From the NCBI GenBank assembly GCA_034661055.1, contig JAYEKO010000063.1, positions 1 to 11,763 of the forward strand: a stretch of DNA of 11,763 nucleotides, read 5' to 3'. Below, piece after piece: positions 1 to 7,398 of this stretch. The stretch's first letter is position 1; each line of letters starts with the position of its first letter. A program made the position numbers and the translations under genes. Below the pieces are notes generated by a model, which was not told the origin of the DNA, ran no database searches, and saw nothing but the letters and a program-made list of their open reading frames with translations. This stretch comes from Campylobacterota bacterium. GTDB taxonomy: Bacteria > Campylobacterota > Campylobacteria > Campylobacterales > Sulfurimonadaceae.

Positions 1-495
1 TCACAGATAAAAGGAGAGTTTAGTTCAAAGACCTATCTAAAATACTACCTTGACTCACTAGACAGAGAGAAAGCATCTGATGATCAGCGTGAACTCTTTA
101 AATTATACCGGTATTTAGAAGAGTTAGAGCAGCATACCACAGTTGTTATGCTTAGTGAGATTGATGAGATGCTTGAGCTAAAGCGAATCTTTAGTAGTTC
201 AGATATGAAAATAAATATTAAGACATTTGTGGAAGATAAAAATGCTATGGCGTGGGCCAGCTCACACTATGTTACTCTTTTTATATTAGATGACAGTTCG
301 CACAATAAGAGCGTCATGCAGTTTATTGCAAAATACATAAATAGTACCAATGGTGAGCTAAAAGTTATATGGATTACGAATAAAGAGACTATCGTATTAG
401 AAGATAATAGCATACAATCTATTATTAAAGTTCCCTATACAGCAAAAGAGATTATTGAAACAGTTAAAAATTTATTAGGAGAGAGTAATGGATAA
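1..495 (+). CDS. 5'-truncated protein with a C-terminal atypical receiver (REC/CheY-like) domain
   Basis: Frame +1 is open from base 1 (SQIKGEFSSKTYLKYYLDSLDREK...HTTVVMLSEIDE), so the ATG at 148 is probably internal and the gene starts left of the window. The C-terminal ~120 aa show a REC-like pattern: TVVMLSEIDE, YVTLFILDD, KVIWIT, SIIKVPYTAKEIIETVKNLL. The stop overlaps the dUTPase start by 8 nt. Confidence 0.6.
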   Translation, partial: SQIKGEFSSKTYLKYYLDSLDREKASDDQRELFKLYRYLEELEQHTTVVMLSEIDEMLELKRIFSSSDMKINIKTFVEDKNAMAWASSHYVTLFILDDSSHNKSVMQFIAKYINSTNGELKVIWITNKETIVLEDNSIQSIIKVPYTAKEIIETVKNLLGESNG

Positions 496-1171
496 AGCCT
501 TACAGATGATACAGCTACAGCAGCAGTTAAATGATACAACTAATGGTGAGAACTGGGAAAATGGTCTTACTAAAAATAACAAGAGAATTGACTGGAAACG
601 ATGTATCTATATGGAGTGTGCTGAGATGATTGACTCCTTTGCTTGGAAACACTGGAAAAGCATTAACGCAGAACCTGATTTTGCTAATTTACAGATTGAA
701 GTAGTCGATGTTTGGCATTTTGTTATCTCGTTAGCACTGCAAGAGTATCGCAAAGAGTTTAAGGGCGGAGTTGAAGACTTAGCATTTAATATTTCACAAT
801 TTAGTGAGTATGATGCTTTAAAAGCAGATGTTGCATTTGCAACACCTCAAGAGATTATGTTGCAGGTTGAAGGACTGATGTTCCTTGTTCTAAACCCATC
901 TGAATTTGACTTAGAAGCGTTAATAAAAGCATTTTTAAGCCTCTGTGTAGGTAGTAATTTGGACCTGAATGCACTCTATAGATTATATGTCGGCAAAAAT
1001 ATATTGAATCAGTTCCGCCAAGACCATGGCTATAAGGATGGAAGTTATATTAAAGTCTGGAATGGTGTTGAAGATAATTTAATTATGAAAGCGATTTGGC
1101 AAGAGCAGGGAGAACTGAAACCTGAAGAACTCTATAAGCAGTTAGAGTTAAAGTATGATGTGTTACCGTAA
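488..1171 (+). CDS. dut: Dimeric all-alpha dUTP diphosphatase (Campylobacter/trypanosomatid-type dUTPase)
   Basis: Dimeric dUTPase motifs: LQQQLND, ECAEMIDSFAWKHWK, IEVVDVWHF, YVGKNILNQFRQDHGYKDGSYIKVWNGVEDN. AGGAGA RBS at 477-482. Confidence 0.9.
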   Translation: MDKALQMIQLQQQLNDTTNGENWENGLTKNNKRIDWKRCIYMECAEMIDSFAWKHWKSINAEPDFANLQIEVVDVWHFVISLALQEYRKEFKGGVEDLAFNISQFSEYDALKADVAFATPQEIMLQVEGLMFLVLNPSEFDLEALIKAFLSLCVGSNLDLNALYRLYVGKNILNQFRQDHGYKDGSYIKVWNGVEDNLIMKAIWQEQGELKPEELYKQLELKYDVLP

Positions 1172-1173
1172 CT

Positions 1174-1182
1174 TGATATAAT
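1174..1182 (+). promoter_or_regulatory. Sigma70/RpoD extended -10 promoter for pglG-hisH-hisA (possibly further downstream genes)
   Basis: TGATATAAT matches TGnTATAAT exactly. It lies in the 36-bp gap after the dut stop and is followed by an AAGGAG RBS (1196-1201) and a GTG start at 1208. Confidence 0.7.
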
Positions 1183-1207
1183 CGCGAAATTAAATAAGGA
1201 GTAAGCA

Positions 1208-2113
1208 GTGGTAGCATTAGATATACAGCAGTTTTCCGAAGTTAGAACCAAAGCACGAGCATATTTTTGTTATCTTTTTTCTAAAAATTTACCCAATCGT
1301 ACCCCATCTATTAGCATTGAGAATATTACAGGTCGTTTACAAAAAATTAAAGCAGATTTACAAGATTGTGAAGGAGTATATGTTCTTGATGAAAAAGGCT
1401 TTCAAGTCACTCCAACCTATCTGTCTGGAAAAGATAGAAAAGAGGATGATAAAGGCTTGTCTCGTGCTAGTCGTGCCTATTACTATAGAGCCATAAAAGA
1501 GTCTCGCTGTACAATTACTGATCCTTATCCTTCTTTAATTACTCAAGAGTTAACTGTAACTGCATCACAGCCGATTTTTGATGAAAATGGAAAAGTAAAG
1601 TATGTTGCATGTCTTGATATGCCATTAGGAGGTGTACTTAAGCTTGCTCACCCAATGGCACGAGAAGGGATGTATGGCAAGCTTTTTAAGTTTGCTTATG
1701 GTGCATTTGTTATTGCTTTGGCTATGGTGGCATTACTGCTATTTGTTAAAGGGGTTCAAGAGTTTTTTATGTTTGGTATTGATTTGCATAAAATTGAAGT
1801 CAAAGGGATGTTTGAAGCGACCATTTTGTTGACGCTCTCATTAGCCATATTTGATCTGTCAAAAACTCTTTTTGAAGAAGAGGTGTTAGGGAACCATACA
1901 AAAGATAAAAATCATGATATCCATCATACCATGGTACGATTTTTGGGTTCTATTATTATTGCTCTTTCTATTGAAGCCTTGATGTTAGTCTTTAAGTTTG
2001 CAATGACGGCACCTGAAATGCTAGTTAATGCCATTTATATTATCGGCGGTGTTGCCATGTTACTTATTGGACTAGCTGTATATATTAAATTTACAAAAAT
2101 AAAAGTAGAGTAA
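1208..2113 (+). CDS. pglG: PglG-like membrane protein: N-terminal Cache/PDC-like domain plus four C-terminal TM helices
   Basis: GTG start with AAGGAG RBS. The N-terminus (DIQQFSEVRTKARAYFCYLFSKNLPN) and Cache-like motifs (SRAYYYRA, ITDPYPSLITQELTVTASQPIFDENGKVKYVACLD) resemble C. jejuni PglG (Cj1119c) as I recall it; that gene also lies upstream of cheY. Four hydrophobic segments occur in the C-terminal half. Confidence 0.75.
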   Translation: MVALDIQQFSEVRTKARAYFCYLFSKNLPNRTPSISIENITGRLQKIKADLQDCEGVYVLDEKGFQVTPTYLSGKDRKEDDKGLSRASRAYYYRAIKESRCTITDPYPSLITQELTVTASQPIFDENGKVKYVACLDMPLGGVLKLAHPMAREGMYGKLFKFAYGAFVIALAMVALLLFVKGVQEFFMFGIDLHKIEVKGMFEATILLTLSLAIFDLSKTLFEEEVLGNHTKDKNHDIHHTMVRFLGSIIIALSIEALMLVFKFAMTAPEMLVNAIYIIGGVAMLLIGLAVYIKFTKIKVE

Positions 2114-2116
2114 AAA

Positions 2117-2728
2117 ATGATTGGAATTGTTGATTACAATATGGGTAATTTAGCTAGTGTTAAAAATGCGTTTAAATTGCTTGGTAAAGATATTGTAGTG
2201 GAATCAGACCCGGAAAAGTTTAAAGATTATGATAAGCTTGTTTTACCTGGTGTTGGCGCTTTTGGTGATGCTATGGAGCATCTTAGAGAGCGAAATATGA
2301 TTGAAGCTTTAGATGAATACGCTAAAAGTGGAAACTATATACTGGGTATCTGCTTGGGTATGCAGTTGCTTTTTCAGTCCAGCAGTGAGTTTGGTGAACA
2401 TCAAGGTCTTGGGCTTATTGAAGGTCATGTAGATGCATTTGATACAGAGAAGTTTTCACATCCGCTAAAAGTACCTCATATGGGATGGAACCGTATGTTT
2501 ACTAAGTCTCATCCCCTTTTTGTAGATTTAGATAGTGAACATTATCTCTATTTTGTACACTCATTTCATGTTACATGTAAATCTGAATCAGATGTAATTG
2601 GTAGAACTGAATATGGATATGAATTCGCAAGTGCAGTGGCACACAATAATATTTTAGGAATTCAGCCTCACCCAGAGAAGAGCCATAAAAATGGTTTACA
2701 GATTTTAAAAAATTTTATAAAACTTTAA
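2117..2728 (+). CDS. hisH: Imidazole glycerol phosphate synthase glutamine amidotransferase subunit HisH
   Basis: Motifs DYNMGNLASV, LPGVGAF, GICLGMQ (catalytic Cys), VPHMGWN, YFVHSF and HPEKS (His-Glu of the triad). Confidence 0.96.
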   Translation: MIGIVDYNMGNLASVKNAFKLLGKDIVVESDPEKFKDYDKLVLPGVGAFGDAMEHLRERNMIEALDEYAKSGNYILGICLGMQLLFQSSSEFGEHQGLGLIEGHVDAFDTEKFSHPLKVPHMGWNRMFTKSHPLFVDLDSEHYLYFVHSFHVTCKSESDVIGRTEYGYEFASAVAHNNILGIQPHPEKSHKNGLQILKNFIKL

Positions 2729-2740
2729 AAGGATACAGGA

Positions 2741-3439
2741 ATGACAATTTTTCCGGCCATTGATCTCAAAGATGGAAAAGCAGTAAGACTACAAAAAGGC
2801 TTAATGGATAGTGCTACTGTCTATTCAGATACACCATGGGAATTGGTTAAAAAATTTGAAGAAATGGGTGCAGCTTGGGTACATTTAGTAGATTTAAATG
2901 GTGCTTTTTCAGGAAAACCTGAACATCTAGAAGAGATTAAGAAGATTCGTCAAAACTGTAATGTTAAGTTAGAGCTTGGTGGTGGAATTCGTGATGAAGA
3001 GACCATTAAAAATTATTTAGATATTGGTATTGATCGTGTTATTTTGGGCTCAATTGCCGTGAAAGACCCTCAGTTTGTTAAAGATATGGCAGCAAAATAT
3101 CCTGTTGTCGTTGGAATTGATGCTATTGATGGTTATGTAGCAGTAGAGGGCTGGGGAGAGGTTAGCTCTCTCAAAGCAACTGACTTGGCTAAAGAATTTG
3201 CAGATGCTGGGGTAAAGGCCATTATCTGTACCGATGTCGGTCGTGATGGCATGCTCTCTGGTGTTAATGTCGATTTTACAGTTTCAATTGCAGAGGCTAG
3301 TAGTGTATCGACGATTGCAAGTGGTGGGGTTAAAGATGACAGTGATATTGAAGCACTTATTAAAGCTGGAAACATAGATGGTGTTATTGTTGGAAAAGCT
3401 TATTATGAGGGTACAATAGATTTAAAAAAGTTTTTTTAA
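2741..3439 (+). CDS. hisA: ProFAR isomerase HisA
   Basis: Motifs [44 protein letters not shown] and IVGKAYY. AGGA RBS upstream. Confidence 0.96.
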   Translation: MTIFPAIDLKDGKAVRLQKGLMDSATVYSDTPWELVKKFEEMGAAWVHLVDLNGAFSGKPEHLEEIKKIRQNCNVKLELGGGIRDEETIKNYLDIGIDRVILGSIAVKDPQFVKDMAAKYPVVVGIDAIDGYVAVEGWGEVSSLKATDLAKEFADAGVKAIICTDVGRDGMLSGVNVDFTVSIAEASSVSTIASGGVKDDSDIEALIKAGNIDGVIVGKAYYEGTIDLKKFF

Positions 3440-3478
3440 ACTTAGTGCAAACAACTTTTAGCTATTATTTGCCTTATA

Positions 3479-3496
3479 TATAATTTTTTTAAAGGA
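3479..3496 (+). promoter_or_regulatory. Candidate -10 box and RBS for cheY
   Basis: TATAAT at 3479-3484 in the 63-bp hisA-cheY gap, and AAAGGA RBS at 3491-3496. The box has no TG extension and would give a very short 5' UTR; TATTAT at 3463-3468 is an alternative -10. Confidence 0.35.
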
Positions 3497-3502
3497 CTTG
3501 TT

Positions 3503-3868
3503 TTGAAAATACTTGTTGTCGATGATAGCTCAACAATGAGACGTATTATTAAAAATACACTCAACCGTATTGGACACAAAGATCTTCTTGAAGCTGAAGA
3601 TGGACAAAAAGGGTGGGAGCAGATTGATGCAAACCCCGATACAGAAGTGCTTATTACAGATTGGAATATGCCAGAGATGAACGGCTTAGAACTAGTTAAA
3701 AAAGTTCGTGCAGATGAACGTTTTGAAGATATGCCAATTATTATGGTTACCACTGAAGGTGGAAAAGCAGAAGTTATTACTGCACTAAAGGCAGGTGTTA
3801 ATAACTATATTGTCAAACCATTTACACCGCAAGTGCTAAAAGAAAAACTCGAGGATGTTTTAGGTTAA
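3503..3868 (+). CDS. cheY: Chemotaxis response regulator CheY
   Basis: TTG start. Stand-alone REC domain of 121 aa: ILVVDDSSTMRRII, LITDWNMPEMNG (phospho-Asp), MVTTEGGK, YIVKPFT. Its position before prmA-ftsH matches Campylobacter/Helicobacter. Confidence 0.95.
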   Translation: MKILVVDDSSTMRRIIKNTLNRIGHKDLLEAEDGQKGWEQIDANPDTEVLITDWNMPEMNGLELVKKVRADERFEDMPIIMVTTEGGKAEVITALKAGVNNYIVKPFTPQVLKEKLEDVLG

Positions 3869-4699
3869 ATGCAAGAACACTACTATCTTCTAAGAGTACG
3901 TCCTTCCTCTCACCATAGTCTTTTTAGTGATTTTCTTAGTGACACAATCCCCGTTGGTTTTGAAGAGACTGATGAGGGCTTTGTTATTCGCAGTGAAGAT
4001 GACTTATCTACTATTGGTTGGGGTGTGGAACAGTTTGCAGAAGCTCTCAATAAAGCTTTAGATGAGAATATTGAAGTTGAACTAGAATACTCAAAACACA
4101 AGAGTGAAGATTGGGTTAAAAAATATCAAGAAAATATCTCTGCTGTTGAAGTGCCTCCATTTTATATTCATCCCACATGGGAAGATGCTAGAGAAGGGAT
4201 GCTCAATATTGCGCTGGACCCTGCATTGGCATTTGGAACCGGACATCACCCCACAACTGCAAGCTGCTTAAAAGCCATTGCTTCATCTGTAAAGCCTAAG
4301 CAGAGTGTTTTAGATGTTGGGTGTGGCAGTGGAGTGCTTGCTCTAGCTGCTGCAAAACTAAATGCCTTAGTTGATGCTTGTGATAGTGATGAAATATCTG
4401 TAGATAATACTAAAGATAATTTTGAACAAAATGGGCTTGAACTCCACTCTCTATGGACAGGATCAGCCAATATGGCAACTAAAAAATATGATGTAGTTAT
4501 TGCAAATATTGTTGCAGATGTTCTTATTTTTATTGAAAAAGACTTAAATAGAGCAGTTAAAAACGATGGCATCTTAATTCTTTCAGGAATATTAGATAAA
4601 TATGAAGCTAAAGTGTTGCGTGCATATAAAAACTACGAATTAATAGAAAAAGTCCCTCAAGATGAATGGGTGACACTGATTTTAAAAGGAACAGATTAA
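3869..4699 (+). CDS. prmA: 50S ribosomal protein L11 methyltransferase
   Basis: Motifs LDPALAFGTGHHPTT, SAM-binding VLDVGCGSG, YDVVIANI and LILSGIL. The ATG directly follows the cheY stop. Confidence 0.95.
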   Translation: MQEHYYLLRVRPSSHHSLFSDFLSDTIPVGFEETDEGFVIRSEDDLSTIGWGVEQFAEALNKALDENIEVELEYSKHKSEDWVKKYQENISAVEVPPFYIHPTWEDAREGMLNIALDPALAFGTGHHPTTASCLKAIASSVKPKQSVLDVGCGSGVLALAAAKLNALVDACDSDEISVDNTKDNFEQNGLELHSLWTGSANMATKKYDVVIANIVADVLIFIEKDLNRAVKNDGILILSGILDKYEAKVLRAYKNYELIEKVPQDEWVTLILKGTD

Positions 4700-6639
4700 T
4701 GGGTAAACCAGAACCAGAAAATGATAATTTTTTTAACAAAAATCCTCTAGTAACATTTGCAATTTTTTCAATTGTTATTATTATGATTTTTAAGGCACTT
4801 GTAGGTGATCAAAGTGCAGTTAGTGATAGAATGAGTCCTAATCAAAATATTAAAAATCAAGAAGTTAGTTATGCAGAACTTAAAAAACTTATAGAAGATG
4901 GTGAAGTCAATAAGGTAGCTATTGGACAGACATATATACGCGCTCTTTCGGACAACAACGGTATAAAACTGTCGTATAGTGCAAGACTTATTGGTAATGA
5001 TGCCTCTTTAATTCCTCTTTTAGATAAAAAAGGCATTGACTATAGCGGTTTTAGTGAAACAAATTGGTTTACTGAGATGTTTGGATGGCTACTTCCATTC
5101 TTGCTTATTATTGGTATTTGGATGTTTTTTGCTAGTCGTATGCAAAAAAATATGGGTGGTGGAATTCTTGGAATGGGTAACTCAAAAAAGCTTATAAGCT
5201 CTGAGAAGCCAGAGACAAAATTTGATGATGTAGCTGGAGCACAAGAAGCAAAAGAAGAAGTATTAGAGATTGTTGACTTTTTAAAGTACCCTGGTCGTTA
5301 TGTAGAACTTGGAGCAAAGATTCCAAAAGGTGTTTTGCTTGTAGGTAGTCCGGGTACAGGTAAGACTCTATTGGCCAAAGCAGTTGCTGGTGAAGCAGAT
5401 GTGCCTTTTTTCTCGGTATCTGGATCAAGTTTTATTGAGATGTTTGTCGGTGTCGGTGCCGCACGTGTACGTGACTTGTTTGAGCAAGCAAAAAAAGATG
5501 CCCCTTCAATTATTTTTATTGATGAGATTGATGCCATCGGTAAGAGCCGAGCTGCCGGTGCAAATATGGGTGGAAATGATGAACGTGAGCAGACGCTAAA
5601 TCAACTTTTAGCGGAAATGGATGGATTTAGTACGGATGTGCCAATTATTGTTCTAGCTGCAACTAACCGTCCTGAAATATTAGATCCGGCTCTAATGCGT
5701 CCTGGTCGATTTGATCGTCAAGTTTTAGTTGATAAGCCTGACTATGAAGGTCGTATTGAAATCCTTAAAGTACATATTCAAGGTGTTAAGCAGGATGCAG
5801 ATGTTGATTTAGAAGAGTTAGCACGCTTAACAGCAGGACTAGCTGGTGCAGACTTAGCCAATATTATCAATGAGGGCGCACTCTTAGCCGGGCGAAAAAA
5901 CCAAAGTACTGTAAAACAAGCTGATCTACGTGAATCAGTAGAACGCGCAATTGCAGGACTTGCTAAAAAGAGTCGTCGTATTAATGAGAAAGAGAAGAAA
6001 ATTGTCGCTTATCATGAGAGTGGACATGCTCTTCTTGCTGAGACGACTCCCGGAGCTAAAAAAGTCTCTAAAGTCTCTATTGTCCCTCGTGGTCTTGCTG
6101 CGTTAGGATATACTCTTAATACTCCAGAAGAAAATAAATATCTTGCTCAAAAATTTGAGCTACTAGCTGAAGTTGATGTGCTTCTTGGTGGGCGTGCTGC
6201 TGAAGAGGTCTTTTTTGGTGAGATCTCTACAGGTGCAGGAAATGACTTGGAACGTGCTACTGACATTATTAAATCGATGGTTCAAGTCTATGGTATGAGT
6301 GATGTTGCAGGACTCATGGTGCTAGAAAAACAGCGTAACTCATTTCTTGGTGGTGGTATGGCACAGGCTCGTGAGTACAGTGATAAAATGGCTGAAGATA
6401 TGGATGCTTTCATTAAAACAACACTTGAAAAACATTATACATCTGTTAAAGAGCGTCTTGAAGAGTATCGTGGAGCTATTGAAGATATGGTTGTTCTTCT
6501 TTATGAAAAGGAAAATATTTCAGGTCAACAGGTGCGTGATATTATTAAAGCATTTGAGATAGATAATGGGATTGCTACAAAACTAGAGGTAATACAAGAT
6601 TTTATTAGTGAAGATGTGTCTGTAGAAGCTAAAGATTAG
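4699..6639 (+). CDS. ftsH: ATP-dependent zinc metalloprotease FtsH
   Basis: Two N-terminal TM segments, Walker A GSPGTGKT, Walker [31 protein letters not shown] and zinc motif HESGH. I place the start at ATG 4699 rather than 4666, because of the AAAGGA RBS at 4685-4690 and the TAATG overlap with the prmA stop. Confidence 0.96.
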   Translation: MGKPEPENDNFFNKNPLVTFAIFSIVIIMIFKALVGDQSAVSDRMSPNQNIKNQEVSYAELKKLIEDGEVNKVAIGQTYIRALSDNNGIKLSYSARLIGNDASLIPLLDKKGIDYSGFSETNWFTEMFGWLLPFLLIIGIWMFFASRMQKNMGGGILGMGNSKKLISSEKPETKFDDVAGAQEAKEEVLEIVDFLKYPGRYVELGAKIPKGVLLVGSPGTGKTLLAKAVAGEADVPFFSVSGSSFIEMFVGVGAARVRDLFEQAKKDAPSIIFIDEIDAIGKSRAAGANMGGNDEREQTLNQLLAEMDGFSTDVPIIVLAATNRPEILDPALMRPGRFDRQVLVDKPDYEGRIEILKVHIQGVKQDADVDLEELARLTAGLAGADLANIINEGALLAGRKNQSTVKQADLRESVERAIAGLAKKSRRINEKEKKIVAYHESGHALLAETTPGAKKVSKVSIVPRGLAALGYTLNTPEENKYLAQKFELLAEVDVLLGGRAAEEVFFGEISTGAGNDLERATDIIKSMVQVYGMSDVAGLMVLEKQRNSFLGGGMAQAREYSDKMAEDMDAFIKTTLEKHYTSVKERLEEYRGAIEDMVVLLYEKENISGQQVRDIIKAFEIDNGIATKLEVIQDFISEDVSVEAKD

Positions 6640-6645
6640 ACTATT

Positions 6646-7392
6646 ATGAAGCGTGAGAGTCATCCAAGAAAAATAACATATATTTTACCAAATATGTTTA
6701 CCGCTGCCTCAATATTTGTAGGGACTTTTAGTATGGTAAGCGCTATTAATGGTGACTTTATTGTCGCTTCATGGCTCATTGTTCTTGCTCTTGTTTTTGA
6801 TGCGTTAGATGGTCGTGTTGCTCGGCTCACCAACACCTGTAGCCGTTTTGGTGTTGAGTTTGACTCTCTTGCTGATATTGTCTCTTTTGGAGTTGCTCCG
6901 GCACTGCTTATTTACATGTATATTGGAAGTAGCTATGGACGCTTAGGTATTGTAGTTAGTGCAATGTTTATTGTCTTAGGTGCCATTAGATTAGCACGTT
7001 TTAATGTTACAACTGTACAGATTGAGCCTTCAGTATTTATTGGTGTTCCAATTCCCACTGCTGCTGTATTTGTATCTACTATGGTTCTTCTATTTGAAGA
7101 CTACACCTCTATGCATGAGTATAAGTTTCTTATTTTAATAGGTGCAGTAATAATATCACTGCTGATGGTTAGCAATATTCGTTATCCAAGTTTCAAAAAA
7201 GTTAATTTTAAAACAATACACTATATGCGTCTTTTTATTGGCATATTGAGTATTGCTGCATTAACTGTTATCTATCCTAAAGAGGGCTTTGCTCTAATTT
7301 TTATCTGCTATATTCTTTACGGCCCGATTAGGGCAGCTGTAAATTTAAGTAATCGTTACAAACTACTTAAGGGCACCTCTAAAAAAAAGTAG
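6646..7392 (+). CDS. pssA: CDP-diacylglycerol--serine O-phosphatidyltransferase (type II phosphatidylserine synthase)
   Basis: Motifs ILPNMFT, CDP-alcohol motif DALDGRVAR...FGVEFDSLADIVSFGVAP, RLARFN, FIGVPIP and LMVSNIRYPSFK. Multiple TM helices; follows ftsH as in Helicobacter/Campylobacter. Confidence 0.93.
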   Translation: MKRESHPRKITYILPNMFTAASIFVGTFSMVSAINGDFIVASWLIVLALVFDALDGRVARLTNTCSRFGVEFDSLADIVSFGVAPALLIYMYIGSSYGRLGIVVSAMFIVLGAIRLARFNVTTVQIEPSVFIGVPIPTAAVFVSTMVLLFEDYTSMHEYKFLILIGAVIISLLMVSNIRYPSFKKVNFKTIHYMRLFIGILSIAALTVIYPKEGFALIFICYILYGPIRAAVNLSNRYKLLKGTSKKK

Positions 7393-7398
7393 AAGCGT

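Noticed and set aside
1632..1832. 66-aa alternate-frame ORF inside pglG
   Set aside because: It is fully nested in a well-supported gene, with no RBS or recognisable motif.
3421..3440. Inverted repeat TTTAAAAAAGTTTTTTTAAA at the hisA 3' end as a terminator
   Set aside because: The stem is A/T only, too weak, and is explained by Leu-Lys-Lys-Phe-Phe-stop codons.
3133..4572. Minus-strand ORFs 3133-3375, 3442-3753, 3910-4101 and 4246-4572
   Set aside because: They are antisense shadows of hisA, cheY and prmA with Ser-rich, non-protein-like composition.
5192..6562. Short ORFs within ftsH (5192-5428, 5298-5537, 5384-5599, 6347-6562)
   Set aside because: They are off-frame or antisense ORFs within a highly conserved gene and have no independent support.
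7381..7388. A8 homopolymer at the end of pssA (also A8 at 11045-11052) as phase-variation tracts
   Set aside because: Short A/T runs are common in AT-rich DNA. Campylobacterota contingency tracts are usually poly-G/C or much longer, and the second run is a normal promoter T-tract.
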